A DNA stretch of 46,406 nt from Eubacteriales bacterium (lineage in GTDB: Bacteria; Bacillota; Clostridia; Christensenellales; UBA1750). This document shows positions 9,142 through 19,445 of the stretch, in pieces; position 1 is the first letter of the stretch, and every line of letters starts with the position of its first letter. The DNA is taken from assembly GCA_031553225.1 (NCBI GenBank), contig JAVBLU010000047.1, positions 1 to 46,406 of the forward strand, given 5' to 3'. The position numbers and the translations under genes are program-made. The notes beneath the pieces are model-generated. The model searched no databases. It was not told the DNA's origin and saw nothing but the letters and a program-made list of their open reading frames with translations.

Positions 9142-9862
9142 CGTTATGCCGCCTCTCCCGCCCGAACTGATGCCCCGGCACGTGGCCGTCATCATGGACG
9201 GCAACGGCCGCTGGGCCAAATCGCGCGGGCTCTCGCGCAGCGAAGGGCACCGCGCGGGCATGCATGCGCTGAAAAACGCCCTGGAGCTCTCGGGGGACTG
9301 GGGCATCGGGGCTTTTACGGTGTACGCTTTTTCCACGGAGAACTGGTCGCGCCCTCCCGAAGAGGTGGCCGCGCTCATGGGACTTCTCGTGGAATTCTTC
9401 CGCAAGGAGATCGACACCATGGTGCGGCGAGGCGTTAAGCTGCGCATTCTGGGGGAGACGGACGCGCTGCCCGCGCTGCAGCGTCAGGCCATACGCCGGG
9501 CGCTGCGTGCCACGCAGGACTGTGCCGGACCCACGTTCTGCATCGCCCTTAATTACGGCGGCCGCGCGGAGCTTGCGCGCGCCGCGCGTTTGCTTGCGCA
9601 GGAAGCGGCGGACGGCAAGCGAGCGCCCGCCTCCATCGACGAGGCAGCCCTTGCCGAAAAGCTGTACACGGCCGGGCTTCCGGACGTGGACCTGCTCATC
9701 CGCACGAGCGGTGAACTGCGCCTTTCGGGATTCTTACCCTGGCAGACCACCTACGCGGAGTTTGTGATCGAGCCCTGTCTTTGGCCGGACTTTGACGAGG
9801 CGGCGTACCGCCGCGCCCTTGCGCAATACGGGGCGCGTAAACGGCGCTTTGGGGGCATATGA
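9125..9862 (+). CDS. uppS: Isoprenyl transferase (undecaprenyl-diphosphate synthase)
   Basis: HVAVIMDGNGRWA is the UPPS active-site start. YAFSTENWSRP and RTSGELRLSGFLPWQ follow. The start is ambiguous between 9125 and 9146. Confidence 0.95.
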   Translation: MRPVPDVMPPLPPELMPRHVAVIMDGNGRWAKSRGLSRSEGHRAGMHALKNALELSGDWGIGAFTVYAFSTENWSRPPEEVAALMGLLVEFFRKEIDTMVRRGVKLRILGETDALPALQRQAIRRALRATQDCAGPTFCIALNYGGRAELARAARLLAQEAADGKRAPASIDEAALAEKLYTAGLPDVDLLIRTSGELRLSGFLPWQTTYAEFVIEPCLWPDFDEAAYRRALAQYGARKRRFGGI

Positions 9863-10695
9863 TGAAAAAGAGCGGGAACCTTGCGCTGCGCGTGCTCACC
9901 TCGGTCGTCGCGGCGGTGTACCTGGCCGTCGCGCTGCGTCTTGGCGGGTGGTACCTGCTCATCAACATCGCGCTGGTTACGGGCATCGGCGTGTTTGAGC
10001 TCACGCGCGCGCTGCGCCGGGGCGGGGCGACGCTGGCCATCTGGCCGCCCATGATGTACGCGGTGCTCATGGTGCCCGCGTATTATACGTTGCGCCTGCC
10101 CGGGCTGTTCGTGCTGCTTGCCGCCTCCGCTTGCTTTGCGCTGTGCGCGCTTGTGCTGCGCGGCAAGGCCGAGGGCATCGACGTGTTCGCCACAACGCTC
10201 TCGGTTGCCTATCCTGCGCTGCCCTTTTCGCTGATGCTGCTGTACGGCGAGGTGACAGCCTCGCCCGCCATGGCCACCACCGCGCTCACGCTCGCCTTCT
10301 GCATCAGTTTCGGGGCGGACGTGGCGGCGTACTTTGCCGGCCATGCCTTCGGGCGGCATAAGCTAACGCCTTACATCAGCCCGAACAAGACCGTGGAAGG
10401 CGCGGCGGGGGGCCTTCTGGGCGGCGCGGCGGTCGGCGTGATTGTCGCCCTGGCCGCTGGCTTGTACGACGTGCCGCTGCCCTGGTGGGAAGGCGCAATC
10501 ATCGGGTTCGTGGGCGCATTCTGGTCGGAGGTGGGCGATCTGGCCGCTTCGGCGATCAAGCGATTTTGCCACATCAAGGACTACGGGAACCTGTTCCCCG
10601 GCCACGGGGGGCTTCTGGACCGGCTGGACGGCGTGGCGTTCAACATCGTGTGGGTGCTCGCCTACTTCCTCGTTCGCGGGGCGCTGCGGATATGA
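9859..10695 (+). CDS. cdsA: Phosphatidate cytidylyltransferase
   Basis: This polytopic membrane protein has the C-terminal CTP_transf_1 signature (KTVEGAAGG ... GHGGLLDRLD). Its start overlaps the uppS stop. Confidence 0.9.
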   Translation: MMKKSGNLALRVLTSVVAAVYLAVALRLGGWYLLINIALVTGIGVFELTRALRRGGATLAIWPPMMYAVLMVPAYYTLRLPGLFVLLAASACFALCALVLRGKAEGIDVFATTLSVAYPALPFSLMLLYGEVTASPAMATTALTLAFCISFGADVAAYFAGHAFGRHKLTPYISPNKTVEGAAGGLLGGAAVGVIVALAAGLYDVPLPWWEGAIIGFVGAFWSEVGDLAASAIKRFCHIKDYGNLFPGHGGLLDRLDGVAFNIVWVLAYFLVRGALRI

Positions 10696-11849
10696 TGAGG
10701 CTGTCCATTCTCGGGAGCACGGGCTCCATAGGGCGGCAGGCGCTGGACGTTGTGCAGATGCACCCGGACCGGTTCCGCGTTGTTGCGCTGGCCGCCGGGA
10801 AGGGCGGCCCGGCGTTTCTTGAGCAGGCGCGCATTTACCAGCCTGAGCTATGCGCGCTGAGCGCGCCGGAAGAGAGTTTTGCGGCGCTCACGGGCCCTCA
10901 GTGGGCCCTGGGGGAGGGAGCGCTGCTGGCCGCCGCCACGCACGAAAGCGCGGATGCAGTGCTCGTATGCGTGGTTGGATCAGTTGGGCTGCGCGCCACG
11001 CTCGCCGCCATTGCGGCAGGCAAGCGCGTGCTGCTGGCCAACAAGGAAACCCTGGTGGCCGGAGGCGAGCTGGTGATGGCCTTGGCGCGAGAGAAGGGCT
11101 CTCTGCTGCTGCCCGTGGACAGCGAGCATTCGGCCATTTTCCAGTGCCTGCAGGGTACGACCGCACCGCCCCAGCGCCTTATCCTCACGGCGTCCGGCGG
11201 GCCGTTCCGCACCTTCGGCGCCCAGGCGATCCAGCAAGCCGGGCCGGCCGATGCGCTGCTGCACCCGAACTGGAAGATGGGTCCTAAGATCACCGTGGAC
11301 TGCGCTTCCCTGATGAACAAGGGGCTGGAGATGATCGAGGCGCATCATCTGTTCTCGGTTCCTGCCGAGCGCATCGACGTGGTCGTACACCCGCAGTCCA
11401 TCGTGCATTCCCTCGTACAATTTGCAGACGGGGCGATGCTGGCGCAGCTAGGCGTACCGGACATGCGCGTGCCGATTGCCTACGCCATGTCCTACCCCGA
11501 GCGGCTGGCGCCCGTCGCGCCCGCGCCCGACCTGGCCGCGCTCGGGAGCCTTACCTTTGAAAAGCCGGACACCGCGCGATTCCCGTGCCTGCGCCTGTCG
11601 TACGAAGCTCTGGCCGCGGGCGGCACGGCGCCGGCCGTGCTCAGCGCGGCGAACGAGGAAGCGGTGGCCCTGTTCCTGCGGGAACGTTTTCCCTTTGGGC
11701 GCATAGCGCAGCTCGTGGAGGATGCCCTGGCCGCATGTCCCGCGCAGGCGGCCGACTCGCTGGACGCCGTTCTGGAAGCCGACCGCGCCGCGCGCGACTT
11801 CGTTGCCCGGGCGCTGGCCGCTCCCCCCCTTACCGACACCGACCTATAA
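10692..11849 (+). CDS. dxr: 1-deoxy-D-xylulose 5-phosphate reductoisomerase
   Basis: LSILGSTGSIGRQALDVV is the Dxr NADPH-binding N-terminus. LANKETLV and VDSEHSAIFQ are present. The ATG at 10692 overlaps the cdsA stop. Confidence 0.95.
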   Translation: MMRLSILGSTGSIGRQALDVVQMHPDRFRVVALAAGKGGPAFLEQARIYQPELCALSAPEESFAALTGPQWALGEGALLAAATHESADAVLVCVVGSVGLRATLAAIAAGKRVLLANKETLVAGGELVMALAREKGSLLLPVDSEHSAIFQCLQGTTAPPQRLILTASGGPFRTFGAQAIQQAGPADALLHPNWKMGPKITVDCASLMNKGLEMIEAHHLFSVPAERIDVVVHPQSIVHSLVQFADGAMLAQLGVPDMRVPIAYAMSYPERLAPVAPAPDLAALGSLTFEKPDTARFPCLRLSYEALAAGGTAPAVLSAANEEAVALFLRERFPFGRIAQLVEDALAACPAQAADSLDAVLEADRAARDFVARALAAPPLTDTDL

Positions 11850-11858
11850 GGAGTCCGC

Positions 11859-12893
11859 ATGGTATCTTTGTTCAGCATTCTGGCCGCCATCCTGCTGCTT
11901 GGCGCGCTCATCTTCGTGCACGAACTGGGGCACTATTCGGCCGCGCGGCTGCTCAAGATCCGCGTGGTGGAGTTTGCGCTGGGCTTTGGCCCGCGCATCG
12001 TGTCCAAGAAGCGCAACGGCATCACTTATTCGCTGCGCGCGCTGCCCTTGGGCGGGTTTTGCTCCTTTTTGGGCGAGGACGAGGACCGCGACGACCCGGA
12101 CGCCTACAACCGCCAGCCTGCCTGGCGCAGGCTCCTTACGCAGGCCGCCGGCCCCGTCTTTAACCTTGTGGCGGGGTTCCTTCTGGCCGTGTTCATTCTA
12201 ACCGTTACCGGAGAACCCGTGAGCGCGCCCATCGTCGGGTCGCTGCAGGCGGGCGGCCCGGCGGCCATGTCCGGCCTTCAGGCGGGCGACCATATAACGT
12301 CCGTGAACGGCACGCCCACGCCCTCGGTGCAAAACATCGTGGACGCCATCACCGCCAACGGCCCGCAAACGCTCACCCTGGGCATTACCCGAGGCGATCA
12401 GGCGCTCAGCTTCCGTATGACGCCATTTTATGACGATGCGGAGAACCGGGTACGCGTGGGCCTCACCTTCGGCACCCAGAAGCTGCGTTTCGGCCTTATG
12501 CCCGCCATTCCCATCGCCGCGCGCTATTGCTGGAACATCGACCGCGAGGTGCTGCTGGCGCTGCGCAACGTGTTTTTTAGGGGAAACATAGAGGGCCTGA
12601 GCGGCCCGGTGGGCACCATCAACGTTATCTCGCAAAGCGTGCGCTTCGGGCTGGATTCTGTGCTGCATCTGTGCGTGCTCCTGTCGCTGAACTTGGGGCT
12701 GTTTAACCTGTTGCCCCTTCCCGCGCTGGACGGAGGCCGCATGATCTTTACGCTTGTTGAGATGGTGCGCGGAAAGCCGGTGGACCGCAACCGTGAGGGG
12801 CTCGTGCATCTGGTGGGCCTCATCGCGCTTATGCTGCTCATGGTGGTGTTCACCTACCGTGACATCGTGGGCCTGTTCAAAGGAGTAGGCTAA
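11859..12893 (+). CDS. rseP: RIP metalloprotease (site-2 protease, RseP/RasP family)
   Basis: HELGHY sits in the first transmembrane helix. There is one PDZ domain and a C-terminal LDGG motif. Confidence 0.9.
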   Translation: MVSLFSILAAILLLGALIFVHELGHYSAARLLKIRVVEFALGFGPRIVSKKRNGITYSLRALPLGGFCSFLGEDEDRDDPDAYNRQPAWRRLLTQAAGPVFNLVAGFLLAVFILTVTGEPVSAPIVGSLQAGGPAAMSGLQAGDHITSVNGTPTPSVQNIVDAITANGPQTLTLGITRGDQALSFRMTPFYDDAENRVRVGLTFGTQKLRFGLMPAIPIAARYCWNIDREVLLALRNVFFRGNIEGLSGPVGTINVISQSVRFGLDSVLHLCVLLSLNLGLFNLLPLPALDGGRMIFTLVEMVRGKPVDRNREGLVHLVGLIALMLLMVVFTYRDIVGLFKGVG

Positions 12894-13960
12894 TGACGAC
12901 AAGGCAGAACACGCGGCGCATTCTGGTCGGAGGCGTTCCGCTTGGCGGGGGCGCGCCCATCGCTATACAAAGCATGACGAACACGCGCACGGCGGATGCT
13001 GAAGGCACGCTGGCCCAGGTGAAGGCGCTGGCCGCGGCCGGGTGCGGCATCGTGCGCGTTACCGTAAACGACGACGCGGCGGCCGACGCCCTGCCCGCCA
13101 TCCTTGCCGGCTCGCCGGTGCCTATCGTGGCGGACATTCACTTTCGGGGCGACCTGGCGATCCGCGCGCTGGAGAGCGGAGTGCACAAGCTGCGCGTCAA
13201 CCCCGGGAACCTGCCGCTGCGCGATATTGACCGCGTGGCCGACTGCCTGCGTGCGCACCGCGTGCCCTTGCGCATCGGAGTGAACGGCGGGTCCATGCCC
13301 AAGGATATTTTGGACAAGCATGGCGGGCTTACGGCCTCCGCGCTGGCCGAGGCGGCGCTTTGGCATACGGGGCTTCTGGAGAAGCGCGGCGTCACGGACA
13401 TCGCCATCGCCGTGAAAACCAGCGACGCGCCGCGCACCGTGCAGGCTTACCGCCTTGTGGCCAAGCAATGCGATTACCCGCTTCACTTGGGCGTAACCGA
13501 GGCGGGCGTGGGGGAGAGCGCGCTCGTGAAGAGCGCCGTCGGCATCGGAGCGCTGTTGCTTGAGGGCCTGGGCGACACGATACGGGTGTCCATCGCGGGC
13601 GATCCGCTGCCCGAGGCGGCGGCCGCGCGAGACATACTGCGCGCGTGCGGGCTGTACCACAAGGGGGCGGACATCATCGCCTGCCCGACCTGCGGCCGCT
13701 GCGGCTACGACGTGGCCGCCGTGGCGCAGCGCGTAAAAGAGGCCGTTCAGGACATCGAGCGCCCGCTGCGCATAGCGGTGATGGGCTGCGTTGTGAACGG
13801 CCCGGGCGAAGCGCGCGAGGCGGACGTGGGCGTTGCGGGCGGCGAGAGCGGCGCCGTGCTCTTTTGCAAGGACCGGCCGCCGCGCAAGATCCCGCTGGAG
13901 GGCATGGCCGAGGCGCTCATCGATGAGGTACGCCGCCTGGTGCAGGAGCTGCCCGCGTAG
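12893..13960 (+). CDS. ispG: 4-hydroxy-3-methylbut-2-enyl diphosphate synthase (GcpE)
   Basis: GGGAPIAIQSMTNT is the IspG N-terminus. The C-terminal cysteine cluster CPTCGRC is present. The start overlaps the rseP stop (TAATG). Confidence 0.95.
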   Translation: MTTRQNTRRILVGGVPLGGGAPIAIQSMTNTRTADAEGTLAQVKALAAAGCGIVRVTVNDDAAADALPAILAGSPVPIVADIHFRGDLAIRALESGVHKLRVNPGNLPLRDIDRVADCLRAHRVPLRIGVNGGSMPKDILDKHGGLTASALAEAALWHTGLLEKRGVTDIAIAVKTSDAPRTVQAYRLVAKQCDYPLHLGVTEAGVGESALVKSAVGIGALLLEGLGDTIRVSIAGDPLPEAAAARDILRACGLYHKGADIIACPTCGRCGYDVAAVAQRVKEAVQDIERPLRIAVMGCVVNGPGEAREADVGVAGGESGAVLFCKDRPPRKIPLEGMAEALIDEVRRLVQELPA

Positions 13961-14011
13961 CCGGCAGAGCCGCTGCGGATAGGTTACAGAAGATTTGAGG
14001 GAGGATGCGGC

Positions 14012-17000
14012 ATGACGGGCGACTGGATGAACGCACTGAAAGGGACGGGCTACGAAATGCCCGACGGCTTGCGCCTGGAGCGCGCCGCAGTTAACGTAAG
14101 CGACAACACGATGCACCTGCGCTTTAGCGTGAGCGTATTTCCAACGCCGCAGATGCAGTCCGAACTAAACAAAGCTTTAGCGGGCGTTCTGCCCGATACG
14201 AAAGTACGAGCGGGGCTTTCCTGCCCCGCTCTTTGCGATGACTTTCTCGTCCATCCGGAGAACTATGCAGAAGGGATCGCCGCCTGGCTCGTGGAAAGCC
14301 GCCCGGCGTTCAAGCCCTACATGCCGGGGACATGGACCGGTTTGTCGGATGTTGAGGTCGGCGTGCGTCTGAGCGATCCATTAGGCCTGAAAGTGATGAC
14401 CGGGCACGGCGGAGCGCAGGAACTGGAGTCCCTTCTGCACAGCCTGTTCCGCAAAAAGATCGCCGTGGCTTTTACCGCCCCGGGCGACATGAGCGACAAG
14501 ATGCGCGAAGTGGCCAGGGCGCTGCGCGCCGAGGACGAACGTTTGCACGCTGAATACCACAAGCGCGTGGCCGCCGAGAGCAGGCGCCCCAGCGTGCTTT
14601 TTGGCAAAATGTTCGACCCGATGCCCGTGCCCATCATCGACCTGCTGGACGATTCCGGCCGCGTGTGCATCCTTGGCCGGGTGCTCGCCGTGGACGGGCG
14701 CGAGCTGAAGGGCGGGCAAAAGAAGCTTGTGCTCTTCGATGTGACGGACGGCACCTCCACCATCCCCTGTAAGGCGTTTCCACTTATCAAGGATGCCGCA
14801 GCTCTCGCCGCGCTGCAGGTGGGCGAGCACGTGGCCGTGCGCGGCGACTGCCAGATCGACAAATTCTCCGGGGGCGAACTGTCCATTTTGGCGAGCGATG
14901 TCCTGCGGATCCCGCACGAGGAGCGCCGCGACGATGAGCCGGTCAAGCGCGTCGAACTGCACTGCCATACCCAGATGAGCGCCATGGACGGCGTTTCCTC
15001 GGCCGCATCGCTCGTGTCGCGCGCCAAAGCGTTCGGGCATCCTGCCATCGCCATCACGGACCACGGTGTGACGCAAGCCTTTCCCGAGGCGGTCGCGGCC
15101 GGCAAGGGCATCAAGGTAATTTTCGGGGTGGAAGGTTACCTGCTGGACGACGCGCAAACCCTGGCTCCCGCCGCGGACACCCGGCCGCTGAGCGGACCGT
15201 TCGTGGTGGTGGACGTGGAGACGACAGGACTTTCGCCGCATGCCGACCGTTTGACGGAGATAGCCGCGGTGCGCGTGGAGGGCGGACAGATCGTAGACCG
15301 CTTCTCCACATTCGTCAACCCGGGCATGCCTATCCCGCAGAAGGTGGTGGAGCTCACCTCGATCACCGACGCCATGGTAAAGGATGCCCCGGACGATTGC
15401 GCCGCCATCCAGATGCTCGCGCAGTGGGCGGGTGATCTGCCGCTTGTGGCGCACAACGCCTCCTTCGACCTTGCCTTTTTGCGGCGCGCCGCCAACAAAG
15501 CGAACGTATCGCTCTCACCCGCATCCATGGACACGCTGGCCCTCGCGCGCCTGCTCGTACCCGGCCTTGGCAGCTACAAGCTGGAGCCGCTGTGTAAGAA
15601 GCTGGGCATACGCCTAAGCGGCGCGCACCGGGCGATAAACGACGCCGAAGCCACCGCCGCCCTGTGGCACAGGCTGGTGGAGCTTGCGTCGCAGAAGGGT
15701 GCGAGCACGCCTGTTGGCCTGCTCGAGCTGGCGGGGGACGTGGGGCGCTTAAAAGGCGGCGATACGTACCACATCATTCTGCTGGCCGCCACGCAGGATG
15801 GCCTGAAGAACCTGAACACGCTTGTTTCCGAGAGCCACCTCAAATACTTCGACCGCCAGCCGCGCATACCGCGCCACCGCCTGCAAGCGCTGCGCGAAGG
15901 GCTCATCGTAGGCTCGGCCTGCGAGGGAGGCGAGCTGTTCCAGCACCTGCTGCGCGGCGACGGCGAGCAGGAGCTTGCGCGCATCGCGCAGTTTTACGAT
16001 TATCTGGAAATACAGCCCCTCGGAAACAACGCCTTCCTTCTGCGCAACGGCATGGCCGAAAGCGAAGAGGGCCTGCAAAATTTGAACCGCCGCATCCTCG
16101 CGCTGGGCGACCGACTGGGTAAACCCGTTGTGGCCACATGCGACGTGCACTTTCTGGACGAGGAGGACGCTGTATCCCGAGAGATTTTGATGGCCGGCAT
16201 GGGTTTTACGGACGCCGGCGAGCAAGCCCCGCTGTATCTGCGCACAACCGGCGAGATGCTTGAGGAGTTTGGCTATCTTGGCGAGGAGGCCGCGCGGCGG
16301 GTCGTCATCCAGAACACAAACCTCATCGCCGACCGCATTGCCGACGTGTCCCTCTTTCCCAAGCACCCGGAGGGCAAGCCGACATTCCAGCCCAACATCA
16401 AAAACGCCGAACAGGATGTAGAAAGCGCCGCCTGGACCTGCGCGCACGAGTGGTACGGCGAGGATCTGCCGCCCGTCGTGGAGACGCGCCTGCAGAAGGA
16501 GCTGGGCTGCATCATCGGCTATGGCTTCGCCACGCTGTATCAGGCCGCCAAGCTGCTCATCCAGGACTCGAACCGCAACGGCTACCTGGTCGGCTCGCGC
16601 GGGTCGGTCGGTTCTTCCTTCGCGGCCACAATGCTGGGCATCACCGAGGTGAACCCGCTGCCGCCGCACTATCGCTGCGTTTCCTGTCGCTACAGCGACT
16701 TCTCCGTAGACGCCGAGGAATGCCCCTGCGGCATCGACCTTCCGCCGCGCGAGTGCCCGGTGTGCGGGCAGCCGCTGCGCGGGGACGGCTTTGACATCCC
16801 TTTTGAGGTATTCCTAGGCTTCAAGGGCGACAAGGTGCCGGACATTGACCTGAATTTCTCCGGCGAGTACCAGGCGCGCGCGCACCGTTTCGTTGAAACC
16901 ATGTTCGGCCCGGAAAACTGTTACCGGGCCGGAACCATCGGCACGCTGGCCGAGAAGACCGCCTTCGGCTTTGTAACCAAGTGGCTGGAGAGCAAGAAAC

Positions 17001-18277
17001 GCGTTGTGCCGCGCGCAGAGGTGGACCGTTTGGTACGCGGGTGCACGGGCGTGAAGCGCACCACCGGCCAGCATCCCGGCGGCATGGTCATCGTGCCAGA
17101 CGGCATGAACATCAACAGCTTCTGCCCGGTGCAGCACCCCGCCGACGACGAAGACGGCGGCACCGTCACCACCCACTTCGATTTCAACTCGTTGCACGAC
17201 CTGCTCGTGAAACTGGACATCCTCGGGCACGACGATCCGACCATGATCCGCCGCCTGGAAGATCTGACGGGCGTGAGGGCTCTGGATCTGCCGCTTGCCG
17301 ATCCTGGCGTTATGTCGCTGTTCCAGTCGCCGGAAAAGCTGGGCGTAAGCGCACAGGATCTGGACTGCCGTACGGGTACGCTGGGCGTGCCCGAGTTTGG
17401 CACATCCTTCGTGCGGGGCATGCTGGAGGACACGAAGCCCACCACGATGGGCGAGCTGGTGCGCATCTCCGGCCTCTCCCACGGCGAGAACGTGTGGCTT
17501 GGCAACGCCCAGGACCTGGTGCGCGGCGGCAAGGCCAGCCTGCGGCAGTGCATCTGCACGCGCGACGACATCATGAACGCGCTCATCGCCTGGGGCATGG
17601 AATCGAAGCTGGCCTTCGACATCATGGAATCCGTGCGCAAGGGCAAGGGCCTGCGGCCCGAATGGGAGGCCGCGATGCTCAAGGTAAACCCGCCCGAGTG
17701 GTTTATCGACGCCTGCAAGAAGATCGGCTATATGTTCCCGCGCGCGCATGCCGCCGCCTACGTGATGATGGCGCTGCGCATCGCCTGGTACAAGCTGTAC
17801 CGGCCGCAGGCCTACTACGCGGCGTTCTTCTCGATACGCGCGACGGCGTTTGACGCCAACTACGCTTTCCAAAGCGTGCAGGGCGTGACCACGCGTATAG
17901 GGCAGATCGCCTCCATGGGCCGCGAGGCAAGCGCCAAGGAAAAGGACTCTGCCACGGTGCTGGAATCCATACGGGAGATGCTGCTGCGCGGCTTCACCTT
18001 CCGCAGCGTTGATCTGTACCGCAGTCATCACACCGACTTTCTCATCGACGGGGACGGCCTGCTGCCGCCGTTCGGATGCCTTCCGGGCGTGGGGGAGACG
18101 GCCGCGCGTTCGTTGTTCGACGCGGCGGCGCAGGGGCCGTTCATATCGGTGGAAGAGCTGAAAGCGCGCGCGCGCGTATCCACGCAGGTGATCGCCGCGC
18201 TGCGCGATGCGGGCTGCCTGAAGGGCCTGCAGGAAAAGAGCCAGGCGTCGATATTCGATTTGATGCTCGAGCAATAA
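14012..18277 (+). CDS. polC: DNA polymerase III PolC-type (Gram-positive replicative polymerase)
   Basis: The 1421-aa protein has a split PHP domain, a DEDDh exonuclease block (FVVVDVETTGLSP ... HNASFD), the polymerase core and a Zn-finger CxxC...CxxC. Confidence 0.95.
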   Translation: MTGDWMNALKGTGYEMPDGLRLERAAVNVSDNTMHLRFSVSVFPTPQMQSELNKALAGVLPDTKVRAGLSCPALCDDFLVHPENYAEGIAAWLVESRPAFKPYMPGTWTGLSDVEVGVRLSDPLGLKVMTGHGGAQELESLLHSLFRKKIAVAFTAPGDMSDKMREVARALRAEDERLHAEYHKRVAAESRRPSVLFGKMFDPMPVPIIDLLDDSGRVCILGRVLAVDGRELKGGQKKLVLFDVTDGTSTIPCKAFPLIKDAAALAALQVGEHVAVRGDCQIDKFSGGELSILASDVLRIPHEERRDDEPVKRVELHCHTQMSAMDGVSSAASLVSRAKAFGHPAIAITDHGVTQAFPEAVAAGKGIKVIFGVEGYLLDDAQTLAPAADTRPLSGPFVVVDVETTGLSPHADRLTEIAAVRVEGGQIVDRFSTFVNPGMPIPQKVVELTSITDAMVKDAPDDCAAIQMLAQWAGDLPLVAHNASFDLAFLRRAANKANVSLSPASMDTLALARLLVPGLGSYKLEPLCKKLGIRLSGAHRAINDAEATAALWHRLVELASQKGASTPVGLLELAGDVGRLKGGDTYHIILLAATQDGLKNLNTLVSESHLKYFDRQPRIPRHRLQALREGLIVGSACEGGELFQHLLRGDGEQELARIAQFYDYLEIQPLGNNAFLLRNGMAESEEGLQNLNRRILALGDRLGKPVVATCDVHFLDEEDAVSREILMAGMGFTDAGEQAPLYLRTTGEMLEEFGYLGEEAARRVVIQNTNLIADRIADVSLFPKHPEGKPTFQPNIKNAEQDVESAAWTCAHEWYGEDLPPVVETRLQKELGCIIGYGFATLYQAAKLLIQDSNRNGYLVGSRGSVGSSFAATMLGITEVNPLPPHYRCVSCRYSDFSVDAEECPCGIDLPPRECPVCGQPLRGDGFDIPFEVFLGFKGDKVPDIDLNFSGEYQARAHRFVETMFGPENCYRAGTIGTLAEKTAFGFVTKWLESKKRVVPRAEVDRLVRGCTGVKRTTGQHPGGMVIVPDGMNINSFCPVQHPADDEDGGTVTTHFDFNSLHDLLVKLDILGHDDPTMIRRLEDLTGVRALDLPLADPGVMSLFQSPEKLGVSAQDLDCRTGTLGVPEFGTSFVRGMLEDTKPTTMGELVRISGLSHGENVWLGNAQDLVRGGKASLRQCICTRDDIMNALIAWGMESKLAFDIMESVRKGKGLRPEWEAAMLKVNPPEWFIDACKKIGYMFPRAHAAAYVMMALRIAWYKLYRPQAYYAAFFSIRATAFDANYAFQSVQGVTTRIGQIASMGREASAKEKDSATVLESIREMLLRGFTFRSVDLYRSHHTDFLIDGDGLLPPFGCLPGVGETAARSLFDAAAQGPFISVEELKARARVSTQVIAALRDAGCLKGLQEKSQASIFDLMLEQ

Positions 18278-18306
18278 TCGGCAGCACGGCAACAGTCCTC
18301 ATGAGA

Positions 18307-18936
18307 CTATGCTTGTGACAGAACAGGCACAATACACCGTTCGGGCTGGCGTAACTCCTTACGCACAACCGCTTTTCCGTCTTTTTCAGACACCTTGATA
18401 AACCCGGCTTTCTCATAAAGCCGAAGCGGGCCGGCGCAATCCCATTCGTATCGCTCGCTGCGTATAACCGGGAACGCCTCGACAGCAATATAATCAGCCG
18501 CTATCGCGTCAGATAGTACCCGCTGCAAAAGAGCGGTCGCAACGCCTTTCCCGCGGTATTCCGGGGCGATTTCAAAGCAAACCACGGCTTTTTCCCGTTT
18601 TTCGGCGGGCGCGTAGAATCGATCGCCGGTACAGCATTCTAAAGGAAAATTTGCCTTATCGTTCGCATTGCACCATCCGATAGCCAGATCATCATCAAAC
18701 GCCAAGTATCCTCGCAGGACGCCCGATTCGATTTGGTGCTCGGCGATTCTTCTTGAGAGCAGGCCCATGTCCGCCCCGTCCGCATGGTCGATTGCCTCTT
18801 TCGCTTGCTCTTTTGTCATTTGATACATCTGGCAATAGCACCGATAAGGGGAATCGTCTGTAAACGCCCGATTCTCAAAAAAATCAAAGTAATCGGCGGC
18901 AAGCTCCGGGGTGAGCGGTTTGACAGTAAGATTCAT
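18307..18936 (-). CDS. GNAT family N-acetyltransferase
   Basis: An acetyl-CoA-binding Q/RxxGxG/A-like motif (YRGKGVATALL) lies in the C-terminal half. Confidence 0.7.
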   Translation of the reverse strand: MNLTVKPLTPELAADYFDFFENRAFTDDSPYRCYCQMYQMTKEQAKEAIDHADGADMGLLSRRIAEHQIESGVLRGYLAFDDDLAIGWCNANDKANFPLECCTGDRFYAPAEKREKAVVCFEIAPEYRGKGVATALLQRVLSDAIAADYIAVEAFPVIRSERYEWDCAGPLRLYEKAGFIKVSEKDGKAVVRKELRQPERCIVPVLSQA

Positions 18937-19445
18937 GTTTCCCTCCTGCGCCTATACTCGCACTTGCCTATCTATCGCGGTGCGCCTCCATATGATACAC
19001 CCGGGCATGTGCTGCTTGTGTTAATCGTTCTATGCGGACACGCCTTCTCCTTGAAAAGGCCTTTCCTTATGGTTATTCGTTTGATTGCGTGTTCGCTTTT
19101 CGTTGCGCCAAGCCGCGTTGCACCGTTCTCCTACGCCCTCTTTTCATGCGGAGGTTGCCTAACGCCCACGCCCGCTGCGCGCATTTGCCTTACAAAGACT
19201 GCGCCATTGCGCGACTACCTCCGACCAGTTACGTGATCTACCGAGCGAATTAACATAAAAGTGGGCCTTTCGCGGAAGGAATAGGCATGTCCGTATAGAA
19301 CGTATAATTTGGTGTAGGTTTCGTGTGTTTGCGCGGCTCCGGCGTATAACCGGTGGCGTGGAAATTGATGCCCGCGCGAACGTGGTTGACCAGACGGCCC
19401 TCCGGCAATGTCGGACGGCCGGTTATATGCAGGAGGGGTGGTTTT

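Noticed and set aside
12890-14116. 408-aa minus-strand ORF antisense to ispG
   Set aside because: ispG on the plus strand is certain. The antisense frame is a GC-driven open frame with no recognisable domains.
16814-18292. 492-aa minus-strand ORF (and several others) antisense to polC
   Set aside because: These are the same kind of artefact. The PolC frame is continuous and conserved.
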